Source: an uncultured Verrucomicrobiae bacterium
GTDB lineage: Bacteria > Verrucomicrobiota > Verrucomicrobiia > Limisphaerales > UBA11358
Direction: 5' to 3'
Assembly: GCA_963820205.1 (NCBI GenBank)
Contig: CAWFZJ010000016.1
Location: 4,493-68,492 of the forward strand
DNA length: 64,000 nt
Part shown: one piece after another, positions 9,344-18,327 of the stretch
Layout: each line of letters begins with the position of its first letter
How positions within the stretch are numbered: position 1 is the first letter of the stretch
Notes under the pieces: generated by a model
What the model saw: only the letters and a program-made list of their open reading frames with translations
Databases searched by the model: none
Told to the model about the DNA's origin: nothing
Position numbers and translations under genes: made by a program

Positions 9344-9352
9344 ACTATCAGC

Positions 9353-9592
9353 ATGAAAACGATTTCAACATCGCAGCTTCGTTCGCAGACGCGCTCGTTG
9401 GTGCGCACGCTGGCGGGTGGCAAATCCGTGTCGCTCACCTATCGCGGCCACAAGCTCGCGAACATCTGGCCGTTGAAATCAAAGAATGGCGTTGGCGCTG
9501 ACGACCCGCTTTACCGTTTCCATCGTCTGGCCGACAAGCTCGCAAAGCCGTTGACGGACCGCGAAATAGACCGGCTCGTTTATGGCGGCTGA
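9353..9592 (+). CDS. Phd/YefM-type antitoxin
   Basis: It reads MKTISTSQLRSQTRSLVRTLAGGKSVSLTYRGHKLANIWP. The 3' end overlaps the vapC start by 11 nt. Confidence 0.7.
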   Translation: MKTISTSQLRSQTRSLVRTLAGGKSVSLTYRGHKLANIWPLKSKNGVGADDPLYRFHRLADKLAKPLTDREIDRLVYGG

Positions 9593-10001
9593 ACCGCTCT
9601 TCATTGACAGCGGCGGCTTTTACGCCCTGGTATCGGCAGAAAGCGCGACGCATGCGGACGCGGTCGCCATCATGGAAGAATCCCGACGCGGGCGTCGCCG
9701 GGCGGTGACGACGGATTACGTTTTGGACGAAACCGCCACGCTGTTGCGCGCCCGTGGATTGACAAAGCAGTTGAAGGAGTTTTTATGGCTCACGGAGGCG
9801 TCACAGGCATTAAACATCGAATGGATGACGCCCGACCGTTTTGCAGCGGCCCGGACATTCATGTTGAAGCATCTGGATCAGGAATTTTCGTTCACGGATT
9901 GCGCGAGTTTCATCGTGATGAAGGAACTCCGGCTCATTGACGCGCTGGCGACGGATAAACATTTTCGCATTGCCGGATTTAATCCGTTGTTGTTGGAATG
10001 A
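9582..10001 (+). CDS. vapC: PIN-domain toxin VapC
   Basis: It reads LFIDSGGFYALVSAES...TTDYVLDETATLL...FSFTDCASFIVMKEL...ATDKHF. The acidic PIN residues are in their expected order. Confidence 0.85.
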   Translation: MAAEPLFIDSGGFYALVSAESATHADAVAIMEESRRGRRRAVTTDYVLDETATLLRARGLTKQLKEFLWLTEASQALNIEWMTPDRFAAARTFMLKHLDQEFSFTDCASFIVMKELRLIDALATDKHFRIAGFNPLLLE

Positions 10002-10033
10002 ACCGGTTTTGCACCAAAATTGAAATTTAATTT

Positions 10034-10309
10034 ATGCCAAAAAAAGTCCGAATCCCCACGCCGCTCCGCAAGTTGACCAACAACGAGGAGCTGGTCGAAG
10101 TCAACGCCGCCACCATCGGCGAGGCGATCGTCGAATTGCAGACGCGCTTCCCCGGCATCCAGGAACGGCTCGTGGATGAAAAGGGCGAGGTGCGCCGTTT
10201 CGTGAACGTGTATGTGAACGAGGAGGACATCCGCTTCCTCAAAAACCGCGAGACGCCCTTGAAAGACGGCGATGAAATCAGCATCATCCCGGCGATTGCG
10301 GGCGGCTAG
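10034..10309 (+). CDS. MoaD/ThiS-family sulfur-carrier protein, CysO-like, C-terminal GG
   Basis: The 91-aa product ends in IIPAIAGG. It aligns by eye over its whole length with M. tuberculosis CysO (..SIPTILRPHTGG..RFVNIYVNDEDVRF..GDSVTILPAVAGG). Confidence 0.85.
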   Translation: MPKKVRIPTPLRKLTNNEELVEVNAATIGEAIVELQTRFPGIQERLVDEKGEVRRFVNVYVNEEDIRFLKNRETPLKDGDEISIIPAIAGG

Positions 10310-10348
10310 ACACAATTTTTAATGTTTAGTTCTTAATTTTAAATTCCT

Positions 10349-10636
10349 ATGGCCACAACCAAGAAAAAACTCCCAGTCACCAAATCCACCACGCCCACGC
10401 AGCGCCGCCTGTGGCTGATGTTTCCGCCCAAGCTCATCAAGAAACCGCTCGTCTGGGAAGTCGGCCGGAAATTCAAGGTGGTCACCAACATCCGCCAGGC
10501 CAGCGTGACGGATGAAATCGGGGTCGTCTGCCTCGAACTCGACGGCCCGCGCGACGAAGTGAAGGCCGCCATCGCGTGGCTGGAAAAAATCGGCGTCAGC
10601 GTCGAGCCGGTGGAAATCAGCGTGGTGGAAAGCTGA
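10349..10636 (+). CDS. NIL-domain protein
   Basis: The sequence LWLMFPPKLIKKPLVWEVGRKFKVVTNIRQASVTDEIGVVCLELDGPRDEVKAAIAWLEKIGVSVEPV fits the NIL pattern of the MetN C-terminal domain. Confidence 0.7.
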   Translation: MATTKKKLPVTKSTTPTQRRLWLMFPPKLIKKPLVWEVGRKFKVVTNIRQASVTDEIGVVCLELDGPRDEVKAAIAWLEKIGVSVEPVEISVVES

Positions 10637-10753
10637 CACGGAGCGCGGCTGTCCCAGCCGCTGCAGCCCGGGATACAGAGGAGCTGACCAACCGGTTCCG
10701 TTGCCCGACCGCATTCCAACCTGCTGCGCCTGGGACAGGCGCGCTCCGGCAAA

Positions 10754-10788
10754 GCAAAACGGCGCGGCGATTTGCCGCGCCGTTTTGC
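10754..10788. terminator. perfect hairpin between convergent NIL gene and atpC
   Basis: The hairpin is gcaaaacggcgcggc-gattt-gccgcgccgttttgc. The T-runs are short on both strands. Confidence 0.55.
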
Positions 10789-10800
10789 TTCTACAAAAGT

Positions 10801-11211
10801 TTACTTCCGCCGCCGGCGTTTGACCTTGAGCTGGGTCGCGGCATGCAACAGCGCGGCTTGAATGTGCGCGGCTTCCACGTCGGTGATTTTTTCGGCCAGG
10901 CGCGCTTCGGCCCGCTGGCGGGCTTCCTCGGCCCTGGCTTCGTCAATGTTTTCGGCGCGAATCGCCATGTCGGTAAGAATCGCCACGCGATCGCCGGTCA
11001 CCTGCACAAAGCCGTCGCCGACGGCGAGGAACACCGTGTCCTGTCCCTTTTGCGCGACGATTTCGCCCGCGCACAGTTGCGTCATCAGCGGCACGTGATT
11101 CGGCATGATGCCCATCTCGCCTTCAACGCCGGTCAGCGTGACCATGTCCACGTCGTCGGAGTAAATTTTCGCCTCCGGCGTGACAATTTCCAGTTTGAGC
11201 GTATTGGCCAT
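10801..11211 (-). CDS. atpC: F1 ATP synthase epsilon subunit
   Basis: It reads MANTLKLEIVTPEAKIYSDDVDMVTLTGVEGEMGIMPNHVPLMTQL. The ORF track extends it to a GTG at 11238, and I prefer the ATG at 11211. Confidence 0.85.
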   Translation of the reverse strand: MANTLKLEIVTPEAKIYSDDVDMVTLTGVEGEMGIMPNHVPLMTQLCAGEIVAQKGQDTVFLAVGDGFVQVTGDRVAILTDMAIRAENIDEARAEEARQRAEARLAEKITDVEAAHIQAALLHAATQLKVKRRRRK

Positions 11212-11234
11212 GTTCAGCGCGTTAAATCGCGAAA

Positions 11235-12657
<1,423 letters not shown>

Positions 12658-13540
12658 TTAGCCCACCGCCATTTGCGCGGTGGCGATTTCCAACAATTCC
12701 TTCGTGATGTTCGACTGGCGCAGCTTGTTGTATTGCAGCGTCAGGTCCTTGATCAGCTGTTGCGCGTTGTCGGTGGCGTTCTTCATCGCCACCATGCGCG
12801 CGCTGTGCTCGCTGGCCCGGGCCTCGAGCAAAATCTGGTAAATCTTGAAATTCAAACTGTGCGGCAGCAATTCGCCCAGCACCGTCTCCTCATCCGGCTC
12901 AAACAAATACGGCACGTCGCCGCCCGCCGCCAATTCCTCCGCCGCCGCGTGGCCGTGAATGCCGGCGGTGACCGTCTGGATTTTTCCCACCGGCAAAAAT
13001 GGGACGGTTTCCGGCCGCTGGACCAGGGTCGAAATGAAGTTGGTGAACAAAATGTCCACCGCGTCCGCCTCGCGCTTGATGAACAAGTCCTGCGCGAATT
13101 TGGAAATCGCCCGCGCCTCGCCGAATTGCGGCGTGTCCTTGTAAGTGAACTCCGCCGCCAGCGGCCGTTTCGTGCGCGCGATGAATTGCGACGCCTTGCG
13201 TCCCGCCGTGACGTAAACGGTCGTGTCCCGGTCGAATTTCACCGCTTCGCGGAACAAATTGCTGTTGAGCGCGCCGCACAAACCGCGGTCCGTGCTCACC
13301 AGGATGACCGCCCGCTTTCCGAACTTCGCGGGTTTCCATGAGCGGATGCTTGAAATCCCCCGCGCGCGCCGTCGCCTCGGCCAGCACCTCATTCATCAAC
13401 GCCGCATAAGGCCGGCCGGCCAGCGCGGCCTGCTGGGCCTTGCGCATTTTGGCCGCCGCCACCATCTGCATCGCCTTGGTGATTTGGGCGGTGTTCTTGA
13501 CCGACTTGATGCGCCGGCGAATGTCGCGCGTGGTGGGCAT
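12658..13540 (-). CDS. atpG: F1 ATP synthase gamma subunit, frame interrupted near 13325-13332
   Basis: The N-terminus MPTTRDIRRRIKSVKNTAQITKAMQMVAAAKMRKAQ is in ORF 12899..13540. The remainder (AVILVSTDRGLCGALNSNLF...NITKELLEI) is in ORF 12658..13392. Confidence 0.9.
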
Positions 13541-13545
13541 GACAA

Positions 13546-14118
13546 TTACATTCGCTGACGGGTTTTGATCCGGTAAGGCGGCGCGGTTTCACGGATATGG
13601 AAACCAATTTCCCGCCGGTTCTCTGGCAACGGCGGTTCCACTAATCGGCGGATCGCCTCGAATAAATCCTGGATCGCCGCGTCATGTCCGCCGACGCGCT
13701 GCTCCAAATCGGCCAACTTGCCGGACAATTCTTTATGCGCGACCATTTGTTCGCGCATGAGAATGAAGGCGCGAACCACCCGCACACTGGCTTCAACGGC
13801 AATCGGGCTGTTCAGAATGCTGGCCAACATGAGGGCGCCGTGTTCGGTGAAAACTATCGGAAGATACCGGGGACCACCATGCAAACTTGAGGTCGCAAAT
13901 TGCGACCTCAAGTTTGCAAGCTCTTGATTTGTAAGCTGAAACGCAAAGTCATTGGGAAACCTTTCGACATTTCGCCGGTACTGTTCCTTCAACCTTTTCG
14001 TGGTCACCCCATAAATCCGCGCCAGATCAAAATCCAGCATGACCCGCTGGCCACGGATGAGGTAAATCATATCCTCAATCCCTTTTACCGGGGCAATTTT
14101 TGTTTTGTAATTGACCAT
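13546..14118 (-). CDS. ORF6N (KilA-N-related) DNA-binding domain protein
   Basis: These are the last 190 codons of ORF 13546..15057. The sequence is MVNYKTKIAPVKGIEDMIYLIRGQRVMLDFDLARIYGVTTKRLKEQYRRNVERFPNDFAFQLTNQE..LRSQFATS..GGPRYLPIVFTEHGALMLASILNSPIAV, followed by a coiled-coil tail. It lies 8 nt after the atpA stop and 5 nt before the atpG start. Confidence 0.8.
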   Translation of the reverse strand: MVNYKTKIAPVKGIEDMIYLIRGQRVMLDFDLARIYGVTTKRLKEQYRRNVERFPNDFAFQLTNQELANLRSQFATSSLHGGPRYLPIVFTEHGALMLASILNSPIAVEASVRVVRAFILMREQMVAHKELSGKLADLEQRVGGHDAAIQDLFEAIRRLVEPPLPENRREIGFHIRETAPPYRIKTRQRM

Positions 14119-14126
14119 GAAATTAA

Positions 14127-15659
14127 TCAGCGATACGTCTGCTTGAACTCCGTCACCGCCGTCTTCAAATCGTTCACCGTGGCATCCTTCAATTCTTTGT
14201 CCTTCACGATGCGCGCCAGCAATTCCGCTTTCCGGGTCGTCATGAAATCCGTGAGCTTGAGCTGGAAGTCCTTGGTTTTGGCCACCGGCACATCGTCCAC
14301 AAATCCATTTTGCCCCGCCCACAAAACCACCACCTGCACTTCGACCGGCAGCGGGTTGTATTGAATCTGGTTGAACAACTCGACGATGCGTTTGCCGCGC
14401 TCCAGCTGCGCCTGCGTCTTGGCGTCGAGGTCGGAACCAAACTGGGCGAACGCCGCCAGTTCGCGGAACTGCGCCAGGTCGCCCTTGATGCGGCCGGCAA
14501 CCTGTTTCATCGCCTTGACCTGCGCCGCCGAACCGACGCGCGACACGGACAAGCCCACCGAAATCGCCGGGCGGATGCCCTGATAAAACAAATCCGTTTC
14601 CAGATAAATCTGCCCGTCGGTGATGGAAATCACGTTTGTGGGAATGTAAGCCGAAACGTCGCCCGCCTGGGTTTCGATGATGGGCAGCGCCGTGACCGAG
14701 CCGTTGCCATATTTTTCGGCCACGCGCGCGCTGCGTTCGAGCAAGCGGCTGTGCAGATAAAACACGTCGCCCGGATACGCCTCGCGGCCCGACGGACGCT
14801 TGAGCACGAGCGAAACCTGGCGGTACGCCACCGCGTGCTTGGACAAATCGTCGTAAATAATCAGCGCATCCATGCCGTTGTCCATGAACCATTCGCCCAT
14901 CGCCGCGCCCGCGAACGGCGCGAGATACTGGTTGGTCGCCGAATCCGACGCGGCGGCCACGACGACAATCGTGTAAGGCATGGCGCCGGCTTCCTCCAAA
15001 ACGCCGATGACGCGCGCGACGTTCGACTGCTTCTGGCCGATGGCGACGTAAATGCAATACAGCGGACGATAATTTGTGTCTCCGGCCTGCTGCGCGGCCA
15101 GGTTGAGCCGCGCGTTGTTGATGATGGTGTCAATGCCGATGGTCGTCTTGCCCGTCGAACGGTCGCCGATGATCAATTCGCGCTGGCCGCGGCCAATCGG
15201 AATCATCGCGTCAATGGCCATGATGCCCGTCTGCACCGGCTGGCTGACGGATTTGCGTTTGATGATGCCCGGCGCGATTTTTTCGACCGGATACGCGATG
15301 TCGCTCTTGATCGGGCCTTTGCCGTCCAGCGGCTGGCCGAGGGCATTGACGACGCGGCCCAGCAAGCCCTTGCCGACCGGCACCTGCAGCAGCTTGCCGG
15401 TGGTGCGGACCTCGTCACCTTCCTTGATGCTGGTGTAATCGCCGAGAATGATCGCGCCCACCTCGGTTTCTTCGAGGTTCAACGCCAGGCCGGTGATGCC
15501 GTTGCCGAAGTCGAGCATCTCGTTGAGCATCGCGTCGGTCAGGCCCTCAATCTTGGCCACGCCGTCGCCGATTTCGCGGACAACGCCGACGTTTTGTTTG
15601 GCCGTCGCGGCCTTGGCGCCCGAAATTTGGGCTTCAATTTCTTGCAATAGATTGCTCAT
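14127..15659 (-). CDS. atpA: F1 ATP synthase alpha subunit
   Basis: This is an intact 510-aa ORF. It has the Walker A motif [15 protein letters not shown] and is colinear with AtpA. Confidence 0.95.
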   Translation of the reverse strand: MSNLLQEIEAQISGAKAATAKQNVGVVREIGDGVAKIEGLTDAMLNEMLDFGNGITGLALNLEETEVGAIILGDYTSIKEGDEVRTTGKLLQVPVGKGLLGRVVNALGQPLDGKGPIKSDIAYPVEKIAPGIIKRKSVSQPVQTGIMAIDAMIPIGRGQRELIIGDRSTGKTTIGIDTIINNARLNLAAQQAGDTNYRPLYCIYVAIGQKQSNVARVIGVLEEAGAMPYTIVVVAAASDSATNQYLAPFAGAAMGEWFMDNGMDALIIYDDLSKHAVAYRQVSLVLKRPSGREAYPGDVFYLHSRLLERSARVAEKYGNGSVTALPIIETQAGDVSAYIPTNVISITDGQIYLETDLFYQGIRPAISVGLSVSRVGSAAQVKAMKQVAGRIKGDLAQFRELAAFAQFGSDLDAKTQAQLERGKRIVELFNQIQYNPLPVEVQVVVLWAGQNGFVDDVPVAKTKDFQLKLTDFMTTRKAELLARIVKDKELKDATVNDLKTAVTEFKQTYR

Positions 15660-15674
15660 AAATTCTTTGTGATT

Positions 15675-15734
15675 CGTGAAACGTGAAACGTGAAAAAGTT
15701 TGAATGTCCGTCACGCATCACGTTTTACGTTTCA
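15675..15734. repeat. hairpin of tandem heptamers (CGTGAAA x3 / inverted arm)
   Basis: CGTGAAA occurs at 15675-81, 15682-88 and 15689-95. The opposing arm is tcacgcatcacgttttacgtttca (15711-15734). The right arm supplies the last codons and the stop codon of atpH. Confidence 0.75.
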
Positions 15735-16132
15735 ATTCCTAAAAACTGGCCGCCAGACTTGTCCAATTTTGCCTTCACACTGCCATCATAAACATCGCTG
15801 CCAACCTTGATGCGCAGGCCGCCGATCAACGCCGGATTCTGGCCGAACGCAATATCCACACTGTCGCCGTAAATTTTTTTGATCCGGCCGGCCACGTCCG
15901 CTTGCAAATCGCCGGGCAGGATCGCCGCGCTTTCGACGCGCGCGGTGCGGCGCTCCACATCCAGCTTCACCAGCCGGAGCAGCCGCGACAAAATTTCGAG
16001 GTAACGCCGCGGCTTTTGCGCGAGCACCAGCGTGACCGCCTGCCGGACGCGGTTTTCGTCCAGCAAGCCGTTCACCTGGCAACTGCGGAACAGTTGCCGG
16101 GCGTCGCGTTGCGCTGATTTGGAAATTTTCAT
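15725..16132 (-). CDS. atpH: F1 ATP synthase delta (OSCP) subunit, short form
   Basis: The 135-aa ORF occupies the operon position between atpF and atpA. The C-terminal motif is IGGLRIKVGSDVYDGSVKAKLD. Confidence 0.8.
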   Translation of the reverse strand: MKISKSAQRDARQLFRSCQVNGLLDENRVRQAVTLVLAQKPRRYLEILSRLLRLVKLDVERRTARVESAAILPGDLQADVAGRIKKIYGDSVDIAFGQNPALIGGLRIKVGSDVYDGSVKAKLDKSGGQFLGIET

Positions 16133-16199
16133 TCCTGTTTTTGGTAGGGCGGTGTGTCCCCACAGCGCCGCGGCGCGCTCGGAGAGCTCGCCCTACCTT

Positions 16200-16754
16200 T
16201 TATGATGCCGTCAATTGCTTCTCCGTTTCCTCGGCCAGCCGCCGTTGATCGTCCGGCGTCAAAATTTTGCCGGTGACCGTCGCGGTGGTCTGCACGACCA
16301 GCCGGCCCACTTCGCGTTTCAAGTCGGCGAGCATCCGCTCATGGTCCCGCATCGCGGCTTCGCGTGCCCGGGCCACGATTTGTTCCGCGGCGGCGATGGC
16401 TTTTTGCGTTTCCTGCTCGCGCACGCGCGTGGCGGCGACTCGCGCTTCCTCAATCAACTGGTTGGCCATGTCGTTGGTCTGATCCAAGATTTTCCGGCGG
16501 GCGGCCTCGGTCCGGGCCAGCTCCGCCTTGATTTTCTCCGCATTCTCCAGCCCTTCCGCAATGCGCTGACGGCGATCTTCGAGCACGGTCAGGATCGGCT
16601 TGTAGGCAAACCGGCGCAGCAGCGCGGCGACAATCAGGAAACTGACGACCTGTGCAAAGAAATGCGGCGCGTCCAGGCCGAATTTCTCCGCCGTGCTCCG
16701 GGCGGTTTCGGCCAGATCACTGCCGATGCTTCCCAACAAAATAAACTGGTTCAT
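16200..16754 (-). CDS. atpF: Fo ATP synthase b subunit
   Basis: It starts at an internal ATG (MNQFILLGS..). It has one TM helix (FFAQVVSFLIVAALL) followed by a long charged helix. The upstream part of ORF 16200..17054 overlaps atpE out of frame. Confidence 0.8.
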   Translation of the reverse strand: MNQFILLGSIGSDLAETARSTAEKFGLDAPHFFAQVVSFLIVAALLRRFAYKPILTVLEDRRQRIAEGLENAEKIKAELARTEAARRKILDQTNDMANQLIEEARVAATRVREQETQKAIAAAEQIVARAREAAMRDHERMLADLKREVGRLVVQTTATVTGKILTPDDQRRLAEETEKQLTAS

Positions 16755-16810
16755 AAATTCGTTGTGGCTGCGTGGCGCGGAACCGATTTGGCTCCGCGCC
16801 ACGGCCTGCT

Positions 16811-17032
16811 TTACGGTGTTGATTTCACCATGAGAAGAGCGTAGAACACGATGGCTTCGGACAGGGCCATGCCGAGCACAGCTAGGGCAAGGATTTTTCC
16901 GAATGCGCCGGGATTGCGTCCCACCGCCTCTGCAGCCTTCATGCCAACCAGTCCCACGCCGATGGCTGAACCGAGACCGGCCAGGCCGACGTGAATACTT
17001 CCGCTCATTTCTGCCAACATTGGCGTTAACAT
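16811..17032 (-). CDS. atpE: Fo ATP synthase c subunit
   Basis: This is a 73-aa hairpin proteolipid. It carries GLGSAIGVGLVG..RNPG..MALSEAIVFYALL, including the carboxylate E. Confidence 0.9.
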   Translation of the reverse strand: MLTPMLAEMSGSIHVGLAGLGSAIGVGLVGMKAAEAVGRNPGAFGKILALAVLGMALSEAIVFYALLMVKSTP

Positions 17033-17093
17033 ATTTTTTCCTTTCGTTGCTCAACGGCTCCCGCGGTGGACCACGGTCAAACCGCTGAAATTC

Positions 17094-18068
17094 TCAAGTT
17101 ATATCGTGGGTGGTTGCATGTTCCTCGTCATGTTCGCAGATCAACATCGTGAACACCGCCGTCAGGAGCATGAATACCATCGCCTGAACGAAGCCAACCA
17201 GTAGCTCCATGAAATAGAATGGCACTGGTAACAGTGAACTGAACACCGCCTTTGCCCAAGCGGGATGCTGAACCATATTCGACATCGCCTCCAGCAGGCT
17301 TTCTCCGGCGAAAATGTTACCATAGAGACGAAACGTCAGCGAAATCGGCCGGAAGGCGATCGACAATAGTTCAATGAAACCAACGGCGAAAAATACCACA
17401 ATCATTACGTACTTGATCGCACCAGTGGTATCGCCTTTGGGGCCAAAGATGTGGAGAAAGACGCCTTTAATCCCATTGGCTTGGAATGCCCAAACCGTCC
17501 AGCAAACCATGAAAATCATGGCCATGGCGAAGGTCATGTTGAGGTCGGCATTGCCGCCGCGCAGCAATGGCCTAGTAACTTCAAACCCGTGTTCCCCTTG
17601 CACGCCCCAGCCAATCGTGCCCACGCCGGGAAGCAGCCCGAACCAGTTCGTCGCCAGAATGAAAATGAAAATCGTCGCAAAAAACCAGAACGTCTTCTTC
17701 ACCAGTCCCGGCCCGATGATGCTTTCGAGAAAACCGTAAAGTCCCTCCACCAGCCATTCCAGGAAGTTCTGCGCGCCCGACGGCACTTCCTGAATTTTCC
17801 GGGTGGCGAACCGGGCGAACAAAATTACGCCCACCGCCACAATCCACGTCACCAGCATGGAATTGGTGACAAAACCGCCTTTATTGCCGAGGGACTGGGC
17901 GCTCTGCGGAATGCCCTGTTCTGCCGGAGCCGCCGGGGTCTCGGCGGATGCCGCCAAAGCGGCGGGCTTGGTTGCCGATGGAGCGGCATCGCCCGTTGCC
18001 GCATTCAGTGCGGCGGGCGGAACACAAACAAGAAAGGCGCACGCGATTATTAGTCTGAGTGGTTGCAT
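17094..18068 (-). CDS. atpB: Fo ATP synthase a subunit with Ala/Pro-rich N-terminal extension
   Basis: It reads ...LSIAFRPISLTFRLYGNIFAGE..., which includes the conserved Arg. It is a multi-TM protein and is first in the atpBEFHAGDC order. Confidence 0.9.
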   Translation of the reverse strand: MQPLRLIIACAFLVCVPPAALNAATGDAAPSATKPAALAASAETPAAPAEQGIPQSAQSLGNKGGFVTNSMLVTWIVAVGVILFARFATRKIQEVPSGAQNFLEWLVEGLYGFLESIIGPGLVKKTFWFFATIFIFILATNWFGLLPGVGTIGWGVQGEHGFEVTRPLLRGGNADLNMTFAMAMIFMVCWTVWAFQANGIKGVFLHIFGPKGDTTGAIKYVMIVVFFAVGFIELLSIAFRPISLTFRLYGNIFAGESLLEAMSNMVQHPAWAKAVFSSLLPVPFYFMELLVGFVQAMVFMLLTAVFTMLICEHDEEHATTHDIT

Positions 18069-18243
18069 CTTACCTCAGCAAATCCATCCGCCGAACTCGA
18101 CCCCTTTGTTCTCACGCAGTTCCGGTCGGAAGCTTAAAGACACTGCCGAAACGCTGGAAAATCACAAGCCATTTTTGGAGAATTTCCACACGAATTTTGC
18201 CCGGCAAATCCCGGCGAACGAATTTTTAAGGGGACGGCGGATG

Positions 18244-18284
18244 ATTCACCCTCTCCTTGGAGGAGAAGGCCGGGGTGAGGACGG
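18244..18284. repeat. third copy of the GC-rich hairpin repeat
   Basis: The sequence attcaccctctccttggaggagaaggccggggtgaggacgg belongs to the same family as 369-402. Confidence 0.7.
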
Positions 18285-18327
18285 TCGTTCAAAATATGTT
18301 GAAGTTTCGCCCAGCTTGGAAACACTG

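Noticed and set aside
14119-15057. The upstream 313 codons of the 503-aa minus-strand ORF 13546..15057.
   Set aside because: This part overlaps atpA in another frame and is Arg/Gly-rich nonsense. Only the last 190 codons, from the ATG at 14118, form the ORF6N gene.
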